Shown: piece by piece, positions 38,300-50,907 of the stretch | Numbering within the stretch: position 1 is the first letter of the stretch | How the letters are laid out: each line of letters opens with the position of its first letter | DNA from: Leucoraja ocellata | Taxonomy: Eukaryota | Assembly (NCBI GenBank): GCA_036785375.1 | Contig: JAWMAR010000094.1 | Span: 1,364,001 to 1,428,000 of the forward strand | Length of the DNA stretch: 64,000 bases | Direction of reading: 5' to 3' | The notes under the pieces: model-generated | Seen by the model: the letters and a program-made list of their open reading frames with translations, nothing else | Told to the model about the DNA's origin: nothing | Database searches by the model: none | Program-made: the position numbers and the translations under genes

Positions 38300-38485
38300 G
38301 TTATCCTGTTCCCCTGTTCCCTTAGGGAAGAACGTACGGAAGCTTGAAAGTATATACCGCAAGACTCGGGAACAGATTCTTACCCTCTGTTATTAGGTTT
38401 CTGGACGTTCCTTCCATAAGCTAGAGTATTGCCTGATTCAACTCTACCCCATTGCGGACATTAGACTTTGTCTCTGGAACTGATG
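38300..38485 (+). mobile_element. Rex1/Babar-type 3' fragment
   Basis: cccttagggaagaacgtacggaagcttgaaag..aacagattcttaccctctgttattagg followed by an aagctagagta 3'UTR like that at 48013. Confidence 0.6.
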
Positions 38486-38487
38486 TA

Positions 38488-39138
38488 CTAGTAGGCCCCC
38501 CCTCGGTCATGACTGACCATGGGTGATGCATCCTAATTATTGGCTGCTTGCTCCAAACCACAGCTGGAGCAGCATCACTTGTGGCTGAAGAGACCAATGT
38601 GGGAGTGACAGTCTCTGTGGCAAAGGTCACATTTGTGTGTGGCCTCTGGTTTGTTCTTCTTGGTTCTTCTTGGTTTCTTGGTCCTCCAACATATTCCAAA
38701 TGGAATTTAAACTGGAGGTGGAAGGTTGTTGAAGTTGCTGCGCTCCTTTCTGTGTGCCCGCTTGTCTGCAGCTGCGTTCAACAGTTTCACTTCCCCCGTT
38801 TTGAGATGTTGGTTCAGGGTACCCCACCACCTTGTGCGGTCAGTTGCAAGACTCTCCCTGGACTCCACATCGATGTCGAACGCATTTGTATCTCTCTTGC
38901 AGACGTCCTTGTAACGTAGCTGGGGGCGGCCGATGGTTCTCCTCCCAGATGTCAGGTCTCCATAGAGGATGTCTTTTGGAATACGGCCATCCTCCATGCG
39001 GTGGACATTGGCCTAGCCACCGCCGTCTGCGCTATCTGAGTAAAGTGTACATACTGGGAAGGCCAACGCGAGACAGGATCTCGGCGTTGGACACTCTGTC
39101 TTGCCAGGATATGCCCAGTATACGGCGGATGCTTCTCA
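38488..39138 (-). mobile_element. RTE-clade LINE 3' fragment
   Basis: MEDGRIPKDILYGDL..GRPQLRYKDVCKRD (ORF 38707..38997) is the RTE ORF C-terminal signature; short 3'UTR ends ggcctactag. Confidence 0.92.
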
Positions 39139-39139
39139 G

Positions 39140-39725
39140 GTGGGAAAAAGGGAAGTACAACGAGACCTGGGTGTCCTTGTACACCAGTCACTGAAAGTAA
39201 ACATGCAGGAACAGCAGGCAGTGAAGACAGCTAATGGCATTCAGCGTAGGTTCACGAGGTTAATCCCCGGGATGGCAGGGCTGTCATATGAGTAAAGATT
39301 GGAAAGATTGGGCTTGAATTCACTGGAATTTAGAAGGATAAGAGGGGATCTTATAGAAACATATACAATTATAAAAGGACTGGACAAGCTAGATGCAGGA
39401 AAAATGTTCCTAATGTTGAGGCAGTCCAGAACCAGGGGCAATCGTCTAAGAATGAAGGGGAGGCCATTTAAAACTGAGATGAGAAAAAAACGTTTTCACC
39501 CAGAGAGTTGTGAATTTGTGGAATTCTCTGCCACAGAGTACAGTGGAGGCCAATTCACTGGATGAATTTAAAAGAGCGTTAGATAGAGCTCTTGGAGCTA
39601 GCGGAATCAAGGGGTATGGGGAGAAGGCAGGTACGGGTTACTGATTGTGGATGATCAGCCATGATCACAATGAATTGTGGTGCTGGCTCTAAGGGTCAAA
39701 TGGACTCCGGCGCCCATTTTATATT
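39140..39725 (+). mobile_element. CR1-type LINE 3' fragment with internal deletion
   Basis: EVQRDLGVLV..QRRFTRLIPGM; LEFRRIRGDLIETY; CR1 3'UTR. Confidence 0.9.
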
Positions 39726-40034
39726 TTGCTTGTATTTAAGTACAGTATTATCTGAGTAAATGGCCTGCAAAACAAGACTTTTCACTAGACTTAGTCCGTG
39801 CGGTTAGTTATATCAAAGAGTACAAATGGGTTTGGGATGCATTAAGAGATTACTTTTGCCAGAATTGCATCACATCAGTCATTGGTAATTTTTGACTGGT
39901 ACAATGACTGAGGTAGAAATCTGGAATCATAGTCACTGAATCGTACAGCGCTCATGCAGATCTGAGCTCTACACCCTCAAGGGGTCCAAATAACAAATAA
40001 ATTGTATCTTGATCTTGTATCTTGTACACGTCGT

Positions 40035-41050
40035 AAGGATTAACAAGTCCCTTTCAGAATGGCTGGCAGTGACAAGTGGGGTACCGCAAGGCTCGTTGCT
40101 GGGACCACCGCTATTTACAATATACATTAATGATTTAGATGAAGGGATTAAAAGCAATATTAGCAAATTTCCAGATGACACAAAACTGGGTGGCAGTGTG
40201 AACTGTGAGGAGGATGCTATGAGGATACAGGATGACTTGGACAGGTTGGGTGAGTGGGCAGATGCATGGTAGATGCAGTTTAATGTGGATAAATGTGACG
40301 TTACCACTTTGGTGGCAAAAACAGGAAGGCAGATTATTATCTGAGTGGTGTCAAGTTGGGAAAAGGGGAAGTACAACGAGATCTGGGGGGTCCTTGTTTA
40401 TCGGTCACTGAAAGTAAGCATACAAGTACAGCAGATAGTGAAGAAAGGGAATGGCATGTTGGCCTTCATAACAAGAGGAGTTGAATATAGGAGCAAAGAG
40501 GTCCTTCTGCAGTTGTGCAGGGCCCCGGTGAGACCACACCTGGAGTATTGTGTGCAATTTTGGTCTCCAAATTTGAGAAAGGACATTCTTGCTGTTGAGG
40601 GAGTGCAACGTAGGTTCACAAGGTTAATTCCCGGGATGGTGGACCTGTCATATGTTGAAAGAATGGAGCAGCTGAGCTTGTACACTTTGGAATTTAGAAG
40701 GATGACGGGGGATCTTATTGAAACATAAGATTATTAAGGGATTGGACACGCTAGAGGCAGGAAACATGTTTCCTATGTTGGGGAAGTCCAGAACCAGGGG
40801 CCACAGTTTAAGAATAAGGGGTAGCCCATTTAGAACAGAGATGAGAAAAAACCTTTTCACCCAGAGTGTTGTGAATCTGTGGAAAAGGCAGTGGAGGCCA
40901 TTTCTCTGGATGCTTTCAAGAGAGAGTTAGATAAAGGTCTTAAAGATAGCGGAGTCTGGGTATATGTTGAGAAAGCAGGAACGGGGTGATCAGCCCTGAT
41001 ATTGGCGGTGATGGCTCGAAGGGCCGAATGGCTACTGCATCTATTGTCTA
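40035..41050 (+). mobile_element. CR1-type LINE fragment (RT C-terminal half plus 3'UTR)
   Basis: VTSGVPQGSLLGP, KFPDDTKLGG, VRPHLEYCVQFWSP, RTRGHSLRI. Confidence 0.95.
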
Positions 41051-41259
41051 TTGAAATGGGGGGCCAGAGGAAGGACTACCCCAGGTGGAAAACATCTGAG
41101 ATGTCCTCTTTCTTGGTAAACATGGTTTCCACAATGTGTCCTGCTCCTCCTCTCTTCTAGCTGTGTTCCACCATCCACCTTATCAATCTGAAGGAGTGTT
41201 CCAACCCAAAGCATCACCAGTTTATATTCTCCAGAAAAGATGCCTGACCTGCTGAGCAT

Positions 41260-41555
41260 GGTTTAGAGATACAGCGTGGAAACTGGCTCTTTGGCCCACC
41301 AAGTCCACCTCAACTCGCCCGCACACTAGATTCATGTTATCCCACTTTTGCTCTGGGAGCAATTTACAGAAGCCAATTAACCTAAGAACCACACGTCTTT
41401 GGAATGTGGAGGAAACTAGAGCACTAGGAGAAAACTCCCATAGTCATAGGGAGAAAGCACAAACTGCACAGACAGAACCCATTGTTCTGTCTGTGCGGAG
41501 TTTGTGCATTTTTGGATCTCTGGCGCTCAGAGACAGCAGCTCTCTCACTGTGCCC
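41260..41555 (-). mobile_element. tRNA-derived SINE (HE1/V-SINE-like), degraded
   Basis: Homologous to 7323-7621 (tttagagatacagcgtggaaac..ggcccacc..aactcc). Confidence 0.75.
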
Positions 41556-41724
41556 GCTGTTACTCCACGTTGCCCTTTTATTTATTACATGGATTCGTTG
41601 AAGAATTTAATATACTGGAATGCAGAAACATTTTTGAAGTGCTACTGAGATTTACAGCGTTCTGGTTGCAGAAATAGCTTTGTTTCCACTGTTTTGAGCT
41701 GGTAGCATCCAAGCTAATGCCATG

Positions 41725-41842
41725 AGGGGTGTCGACCCAAAACGTCACCCATTCCTTCTCTCCAGAGATGCTGCCTGTCTGAGTTACTCCTGCTTTTTGC
41801 GTCTATCTTCGGTTTTAACCAGCATCTGCAGTTCATTCCTTC
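41725..41842 (+). mobile_element. Penelope-type terminal repeat
   Basis: tcgacccaaaacgtcacccattcc..ccagcatctgcagttc. Confidence 0.7.
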
Positions 41843-44800
41843 ATATGATAGACATTGGGACAAAAAAAAAACAGTCAGTGTCACATAACAATTTTGGCAG
41901 AATCTTCATCTTGTTTTTGGCTGTCCTTCAGTTTACGATGGCAAACCTTTGGTGATGGGATCAAGTTTTAATTATCCTTGTGACCTCTGCAAATGCCAAG
42001 TAGTAGCTAATACCATTAACTCGTTATCTGAAGATTATCATGGGCTTTCAGCAACATGTCAAAATACTAGCTATATTTGTCCTTGAGTTTCAGTAAGTGG
42101 TTTTTGAACATTTTAGTTATGAGTCAATTAATTATTATCCTATCCATTTTTTTGGTGGCCTGTTTTGTATTAAACTCAAATTTCTTTTTTTACAATACAT
42201 CTAATCTGAGTGGCATTACATTATCTCATGAGCACATAACAATTAGTTCTCAATTGTCATGCTGTAGTGCTGGTTTGAATTAGCCATGAAGTTTCCTGTC
42301 TTAATTTAACTGTTACAGCAGTTAGAACTGTCAAGTTACCAAGGATTAATCTGATTTTCCAGTACACAAACAAGAATTTTTTTTAAATTTCATCTTAAAT
42401 TGGTCATTAGGTACATTGTTGCAGAAAGATTCTTGGGCCTGAAAAAAAAATGTTGTAATGTTTTTAGCTGTGATTTGGCTGACATTTCAGTTATTTAATG
42501 TACAGAAAACTGGAAATCTTATTTGAATTATTAAATGTTATAAATGTTTTGAGCCTCAGCCTGTGAAGCCATTTTGCAAAACTTTTAATTATGAATGAAC
42601 TTGGCAAATGAACAAGATTGATAAAAATTTCAAATCCTGACCTTCAGAAACTGACACGATTAACTTTTTTTTTAAAAAGGCCAAATCGAGGTGCCAATTT
42701 GGATTGAAATTGTAATTTGTAGAAATATACATTTCTCATTATTGGTTTACAAATGGTTAACTGGGATTGCACCATTTGAATGTAAAACTGCAAAGATGGT
42801 GCAAACTGTTTTTGTACTTTCTGTTAACCTTGAATAAAAATGGCAACATAACAAGTTGTACTGTACTTGTTACTTTGGCTGCAGTCTAAAGTATAAAATG
42901 GTTTCAGTATTGGGCAGTGCATTGGTCACATGTATGAAGATCATAATGTCATACTCTTCTTTAAACATGTCCTCGTTTTATCTGGCCAAATTAATACCGC
43001 CAGATAAATCTTATAGTTTCTGATGCCTTTTGGAGAATTTGCTTTTGTGCTAGTAGTATTGGTGTATATTCATGTGAGTTTGCCTGTCCAGATGCCAGAC
43101 CTTAAGATGTCAGTGGTGTCTTCTTCAATGTTGCCAGCTGGTCCTATACTGTGTCAATGAGCTCCATATGAAGTTCTTCCAATGGAGCAGTATAAACCTC
43201 TCGGCTCTCAGGCTGGTAAATCTGGCACAATCTAACATTAATAAGAAAGGGCTACCAGGGAAACAGGCGGACCTTTTTTGATTTAATTTAGTAGGTTTAA
43301 ATGTATCGAAGTGTGTTTAAATGTGTAGCGTTTCAATTTTTTTGTTTTTATAGTTTCACGGTGTTTTTGAATCTTAGGAAATCAAAGATATTCACAAACA
43401 ATTGATTTTAACGAATGCTTTGATGGCTGATAAAATTAGCAGCTAGACCACACTGGTTGTTAAACCTTTGAGAGTATTGCCACCGTGTCCAAGGATAGAC
43501 TGTACTCTTTGCTAGGCCAAGGGTGTCCAAGGAGCCAACCTCCCAGTTGGAAGAAACAAATGTCTTGGAGCTGGCAGCCATCAATCTTGGGATCATTTTG
43601 GCTGGTTTGTTATTTATTGATAACACTGATTTTCACTTTAATCTTTAATTTTCTGAAGTATTGGCTATTTATTTCCATCACTTTGATTTAAGGCACATCT
43701 ATCTCACTTCATTACTGTATTTCATAATGTGAAAATGAGCAGTTCCTGTGCAAAAGACCTTGTACTGTTTTAAAATGGTCATATTGAGGTTAAATATGTA
43801 CAGCAATTTTTAGATGTTATTAACATATGTAACCATAAAATGGGTGCGTGGTCTGATGTTATTACAATATAAAGTTACATTTTGCATTGAATTATTCAGA
43901 ATCTGGTAGAATTATCAACCCTTATTGAGATTTTAATTTAATAACAAAGTTTTGCAAGATTTGTATGTGTGCTTTAAGGAATGAGTATCCTTGCAGCTGC
44001 TTTATACATTTCTTTTGGCTAAGCCTTGGATAGATGACTGAAAATGATGCATGTACCTAATGGCATCACCACAAATGTAAAAGACACATCAGTACAATTG
44101 CAAATCAATACTGAACAATGTCTGTGAAGCTACAATAGAGGTTTTGGATTTCTTTTGGTCTATAAAATCTTTACCCACCAATGATGGGAAATGCATTTGT
44201 TTAAGAAAAAAAACATGATCTAATATGTTAAATATGTAATATCTTAAGGCACACTTAAGGCACTCTGTCTAATGCTTGAATAAAAATATTTAAATCGTGG
44301 CAGAAAATAAGAACATGAACAAGAAATTAGTACGGATGTCAGGTTATGGGGAGAAGGGAGAAGAATGGGGAAAGGAGGGAGGGATAGGTCAGCCATGATT
44401 GGTGGAGTTGACTTGATGGGCCAAATGGCCTAATTCTACTATTATCACTTATGATCTTAAGAGGGGCAAATAAGTTTCAAATAAATGTTGCTGTTTTATT
44501 TCTCAGATGTCTTAACTGTTTAATAAATTGTAGATAATACATTAACTATCTGGGGGGAGGGGGGGGGGAATCACTTGTGCAGAGACTTGTCAACATCCAG
44601 TTATTAAAGTGACCTGGTTGCTGCTCTTCTCTCAGCCCCACCTTTCCCCCCTGTACATTTGTTTAAGCCACATCTATGCTGAAAAAAACATTTGCATCCT
44701 TAGTCACTGCAAGTGATTGGTTCACGATACTGATGGCACTGCTTGGAAATGTAATTGTGGCTAAAATAATCTGCCTATAGTTTTTAGTTTGAAAGTCCAT

Positions 44801-46385
44801 TGTAACCAAGAATAAGGCTATATTTTAAATATACATTTAAATTTTCCAAGATTATCATGTGTTGTACAGTAACAAAGGGACATATATTGTAAGGTTGTAA
44901 TTGTGTTTCATCTGTACAATATCTCTATACTTTTCTCAGGGAGCAGTTTTTAAAACTCAAAACTTCTCTGCTTCAAAGACACTTAATAGATGTACAGGTT
45001 ACCAGTAATTTCCAATCCAAAATGGGCAGGATTTGCCAACAGGATGAGAGGACTCTGTTATTGTTACTGGTGAGAGTGCCTTGATTATAGCTCTGCTTTT
45101 CGAGTCCCTGGCAACATCAAATTTATCTATGTTTTGGTCTGCATTTGCATCAGCAGCAACCCCTTTGCATATTTTGATATTTAAAAAAAACACCGGATAA
45201 AGTGTTGTAACCATGATGATCTGCAATTGAATAATCTATTAATGCGCATTATGTAGTCTGTAATGAATGGCTACAAGAGTAATGTACCGGGTGCAGCATA
45301 CCTGCTGGACATTTGCAGTTAAAGCAGTTCTCACTATATTATGAAAGTAAATCTCTCTAAGCACAGGAGAGAGTATTACTGACTGCACGTTCCTCCTTCA
45401 GTACTACCATAAATGCTTTAAATGGGCATTCAATGTTGGAAACATCTTTCTAAATATATGTGGAGACTGCTAGAATTGAATGACCTTTGGTGGAGAGATG
45501 TTGTGTTAGATACATTAAAATGCTTTTTTTTTCCCAAAGTGGCGGCATTGAGTAATGTATCAACTATAGCTCCACCTTCAACACCATAATTCACACCCAA
45601 ACTCATGGACCTAGGAATAGGCAGACATTAAGTCCCTGGTCCTATATTCATCTCTGGAACATATGGACTTCTATGTTAGACTCGTATTTATGAACCATTG
45701 CTCTACCTTCAACGCCATAATATCAACCAAATCCCAGTACCTAAGAATGAGCCTCCTCCCCCAGGATTCACCAGTAATAGCATATACTGAACTTTAATCA
45801 TTGTTTTATAGCTCTGCAGTTGAAGAGTACCTTAAAATGCAAGTTCCTATACTTTTGAACCGTGCTGTTTTTTTTAATCCATTCTTCTGCTTTTCTCTCA
45901 TAGACATTAACCCTTTCCGGTGTGGATTTTCCACCAGCAGATGCCCCCTTGCATGGTAGCCTAGATTTATTTTAGTCACTGGGTAAATCAGGATTGAATT
46001 TAATGCCAGATAAGAAGGATCACAGAGATCTAAAGATTATAGGACTGTAGATGTTGACAAAATCGGGACAGGTCCATTGAGGGATTGAATACATTGAGAA
46101 TTTAAAGTATCATTTAGAGGCAAAATTATTTCCATTGAACCATTTGAAAAAATATATGGACTGTGTTCTGTAGGATTATACTAATTTGAGTTCTTGGACT
46201 GTTTTAGCCCAATCGTATGCTTATAAAGACACTTTCTAAAAATAGCAACTGTTGGAAATGGTTTCATTTTTACATGAGAGGGAAGACATCATCACTCTTG
46301 AATAAACTGATTGTATGGTCCATTGAGAGTAAATACACTGAATTTCACTGAAAAATTAACTTAAAATCTAAATGAAGATGCTTAA

Positions 46386-46515
46386 TGGGCCTGTCCCACT
46401 GTCCGGACTGCTGGTGACTGTCAAGTTGCTGTCAGTCGCCTGATAACCCGGCAACTGGAACGGCAACTGTCAGAGTGGAACACGCACGCACACATGCACA
46501 CACACAAACACTCAC
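46386..46515 (+). mobile_element. one-ended fragment of a Harbinger-like MITE
   Basis: taa|tgggcctgtcccact, the same terminus as 57516; ends in a CA-rich tract. Confidence 0.6.
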
Positions 46516-47894
46516 GAATGTGTGAGGAGGTTATTATTTGTCTTTAGTTTGAGCTTGACCCAGGGCACCTGAAGATTCAAATTTTAATATAGTAATTGTG
46601 CTGATACTGACTCCAACCAACCACGCAATGAATATCATCCATTCCGGAGGTTTTATTTTTCTGATGCCATTAAAACTTCACTTGGATTTCAATCACTTCA
46701 ATGTAAAAGTGGTTGGGAATGGGGAGCATTGGAACAAAAATTTGCCCTCAGTACATATTAATTGATATAATAATGTATGTATGTTGGTAGGTGCAATCAA
46801 AACAAAGATCTCTTTATCATTGTGTTATGAATACCACAGAAAATATTATGTACTCTCAAGATCATATTAAATAGAATATTATTACTTCAATATATATTGT
46901 TATTGGACTTTGCATTTCGGAAGAGTCCCAGCTGAAAAGAAGACAGCAAATTACTGAAAATATTGGGGGTGAAAATGACTTCAGGGCAGTTTGTTAGGAG
47001 AATGAAGGAAATGGTAACAGAATGCTTATACAGCTGAGTGAGTATAATTTTATGGATGAGAAATTGTGTTCAACCAATTGATGACTTATTTGACAAAGTA
47101 ATAGGTTAAGTCCAGGGGGTCAGATATGGGGCTTTATGTGTGGGCCAGATATATTGGCAGTGCAGAGGGGCCAGGAGCAAGGCCAAGTGTGCATCCAGAG
47201 TCAAGGTCTGGAATAGTACTGGGTCATAGTCAAAGCTGGGATAATGGGAGTGTCAGCACGGGAACCTAAGCAGGTAAGCACCTTCCCCCCCCCCCCCCCC
47301 CCCACTCCTTGGTCACTACACTCCCTAAGTCTCTCGCAATTTCTCAATACCAACTCTCACCCAATGTTGGCAGCCCTGTCTAAGTGGGGCCGCCCATTAC
47401 TTTTTAAATTAACTTTGACAAATATTATATTTTCTACCTGTGCCATTTATCAATTTATGAAATAAAATGGTCAAATGATAATTGTTGTGTTGCTTTGATA
47501 ACACCGTGACACATCTTGTACAGCTGTTGTTTCTGATCAAGGATGAATTCTAATCTCTGGTGCTGTCTGAGAGGAGTTTGCACATTTCACTGCAATTCCA
47601 TGAATTCCCTTTGGGTACAATCGTGCCTCCCACATATCTAAGATGTGGTACGTTAATTAGCCACTGTAAATTGCCCCAGATGGTAATGGTAGAATCCAAG
47701 GACAATTGTTAGGAATGTGGGGAGTATAACATGAGATTAATGTAATCAGGTGTTTCAGATCAGCAGAGACTTGATGGGCCAAAGGGCTTATTTCATAGCT
47801 GTATGACGAAACACTAATTGACCATTCATTTTTGATTTAGTAAAATCATTTTGCTCTTTGTAATTGCTTCCATATTAATCAGTTTCCTCTTGAA

Positions 47895-48128
47895 GCAACA
47901 AGAACGTCCCACCCCAGTCATTCCGACTTCTCGGCGCTCCTCTTGGCGTGAAACAACAGACCCTGTAACAGCCCCTTCCCCTTTGTTATCATCTTCTGAA
48001 TGGTCCTTCTCTAAGCTAGGGTACTCGCTGATTCGCATGGACCTGTGCATTGCAATGCTGACGACTATATTCTACACTCTGTATCTTTCCCTTTGTGTAC
48101 GTATGACAATAATAAACCTGAACCTAAA
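47895..48128 (+). mobile_element. Rex1/Babar-type 3' fragment
   Basis: HPSHS..FS-like remnant, an aagctagggta 3'UTR similar to 38418, and a tgacaataataaa(cctgaa) tail. Confidence 0.6.
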
Positions 48129-48610
48129 ATTGAAAGGGTGATTATTATTGTGACGGATTGGTCAAGTTTTCTTTTTGCGGTTGAGGATTATAATGTTTGG
48201 TTGTGCTCAAGGAATTCATCAATGTACAATTTTATTTTGCAAACTTTCCTCTTCATGCAGCTTTAGTTTGGGCTGCTGGACAAACAAATGCAATTTATCA
48301 TCCATTTAAAGAGAAGCCAATCTTGCCTTGAAGAAGTCATGCATTTAATTCCTTGTTCAGTTTTAAGTGTGTGAAATGTTTAATCTATACAGCATAAATG
48401 TTTGCCAATAAGTGGATTTCAAATTCCTTTTGAATTTGGAATCATTTGGTTGCATTAATGCCATCTATATGACTTGATATATGTTGATTTTAAACCATAA
48501 GGCAATCAAAGGACACTTGTATAAATTTATATTTTGATGTTTTCCTGGCAAGTAAACTAACTGAGTAATGCTAATGGAATGAATGATTAAGGCAAGTCAA
48601 CGGAGCAATT

Positions 48611-48907
48611 GGGCAGCACGGTGGCGCAGTGGTAGAGTTACAGCACAGAGACCCGGTTCGATCCCGACTACGGGTGCTATCTGTATGGAGTTTGTATGTT
48701 TTCCCGTGACCTGTATGGATTTTCTCCGAGATCTTCGGTTCCTTCCACACTACAAACACGTACAGGTTTGTAAGTTAATTGGCTTGGTATAAATGTAAAA
48801 ATTGTCCCAAGTGTGTGTAAGATAATGTTAAAATGCGGGGATCGCTAATCGGTGCGGACTCAGTGGCCGAACGGCCTGTTTCCACGCAGTATCTCTAAAC
48901 CAAACTA
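48611..48907 (+). mobile_element. tRNA-derived SINE with CR1-like tail (HE1/V-SINE-like), well preserved
   Basis: A box TGGCGCAGTGG (48622-48632), B box GGTTCGATCCC (48655-48665), tail ggcctgtttcc..tatctctaaac. Confidence 0.9.
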
Positions 48908-49620
48908 ATGTTTCAGATGTGCAGAAGATTATTGCTGAGTGAAACCATTTACTCTGTGAATCTCACTTATTGAAACATTATTCTAGATTAAGGAAATTAG
49001 TTCATACAATTGTCTGTAATGATAATTTTTCCAAAAGAAACACCTTTTGGTATTCTGCAGCAATAGGATTTTAGCTGTTATTATGTCTTTGTATATCTAG
49101 TTTGAATCTTCACTAAAACATTGTTAGACATAGAATAAGCAGCAATAGTTCAAATGGATACATGGGCACAACATTGGTACAAGTCCTGTTCGTATGAAGT
49201 AGGCTACTCAGCCCAGCTGGTTTGGGCCATTGTTTATTCACTACAACCCATCGTACATCATTGCTTGCATAATACTGCTAAAATAAAGGAGTAACATTGT
49301 TCATGACTATCTAAAATCTATGTGCCACAGCTGGGAATCTGTCCCATTAGACCTGAAAATTTGATTTTTATTTTAATCGTCCTTAATCCTCAACATAGGA
49401 ATCCATAAAAAGACCAGTTTCGCTGTGGAGAATTGCTCCTGCTATTAGTGAACTGGTTTGAAACTTTACTTTTGCATTCGTAGTCATTTCATGCAAGCAC
49501 TGTTGTCCGTATTTCCTTTGGCATTTAAAGGTGATCTTTGGAGAGTTTTAAGCTCGTTAGGTTTTTAATGTAAATAAATAAAATTGTTAAAGAAAAGCCA
49601 AAGAGAATTTTCAATCTCAA

Positions 49621-50432
49621 TTTTTATTGCCAGCTTATTCCAATTGTGGATGCTCTTCATTTAATAAAACATGCCAAAGATCTGAGCACTGCATTGATCG
49701 TATAGAGACACAGTAGCACAGCCAAGAGTTGCTCCCTCAAGGCTCCTGCAACCCAGATTCGACCCTGGTCTCCATAAGATGTCTACACTAGAGTTTGAAT
49801 GTTTGCCCATAACTGCACGAGTTTCCACCTGGTGATTCACTTCTCCTCCCCCACCCCCAAGCAGATTAGTAGATTAATTGGCCACTATAAATTGCCCTCA
49901 TATGTGAGTGGCAGAATCGGGAAGGAGTTCATAAGAAATGGAAGTACAAAATGTAATTGATGTATAGGAAATTACTGCAGATGCTGGTTTAAACTGAAGA
50001 TAGACACAAAACTACGAAGTACTCAGCAGGTCAGGCAGCATCTCTGGAGAAGGGTCTCGACCCAAAACGTAACCTATTCCATTTTTCCAGTGATGCTGCT
50101 GACCTGCTGAGTTACTCTAGCATTTTGTGTCCATCTTTGGAATTGATGTATGATTAGTATAAATGGGTGCTTGACAGACTACATAGACGACTACATGATT
50201 ATATGACACCGCGCCAATTAATATTTCTGTTACAAAATGACAAACAATTCAAGGACTGTTTTTTTGGAGTAGTTCTAATCTTTCTCTAAGAAAATTATAA
50301 TTTCAGATCTTCACCAAAATTTTTTATTACCAGCTTGTTCCAATTGTGGATACTCTTCATTTAATAAAACATGCCAAAGATCTGAGCACTTCATTGATCG
50401 TATAGAGACACAGCAGCACAGCCAAGAGTTGC
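49621..50432 (+). repeat. 112-bp direct duplication (49621-49732 / 50321-50432)
   Basis: Two ungapped copies 700 bp apart with 5 substitutions counted by eye. Confidence 0.9.
49966..50140. mobile_element. fold-back Penelope-type insertion inside an old SINE
   Basis: Inverted arms; 11-bp TSD AATTGATGTAT (49955-49965, 50141-50151). Confidence 0.75.
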
Positions 50433-50907
50433 CATGGCCCTCTGTTTATTGAACTCGTGTAAGGCTCTTAGAAAATATAACATCCTTGTTTATGGAAATG
50501 AAAAAGAGTTAACTTTGTCCTCAGGGGACATTTGGCAACACCAATCTGGCCTGGTAATGAGTTATCATACATTTTTGAATAGAGGGGATTGATACTGAAT
50601 ACATTTCCCTGTTACTTATTTAGTTGTTTTCAAACACGGCTGTAATGCTTTTAAATATTTCACATGTTTGCACTAGAAGTAGTCATGAATACCACAGAAG
50701 GGATAAGTGTGATACTCTAAATGGTTGTTTGCTGTTTGGATCATATACAACTAATAATTGCTGATTAAGCACATTGTAAGTTTGCAGATTTTATTTTGCA
50801 TTTATTTTGGTTATTGAAGTAAATGTCTTTTAAACTACTACTACTACCAGTATGCAATGAGAATTTTACAAATTTGAATGTTGTGTAACAAAGCATTGAC
50901 AAATACT

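Noticed and set aside
47896-48020. Possible alternative nlk exon (QQERPTPVIPTSRRSSW...) after a pyrimidine-rich AG
   Set aside because: Weak donor, 125-nt length breaks the frame, and the sequence is better explained as a Rex1 3' fragment.
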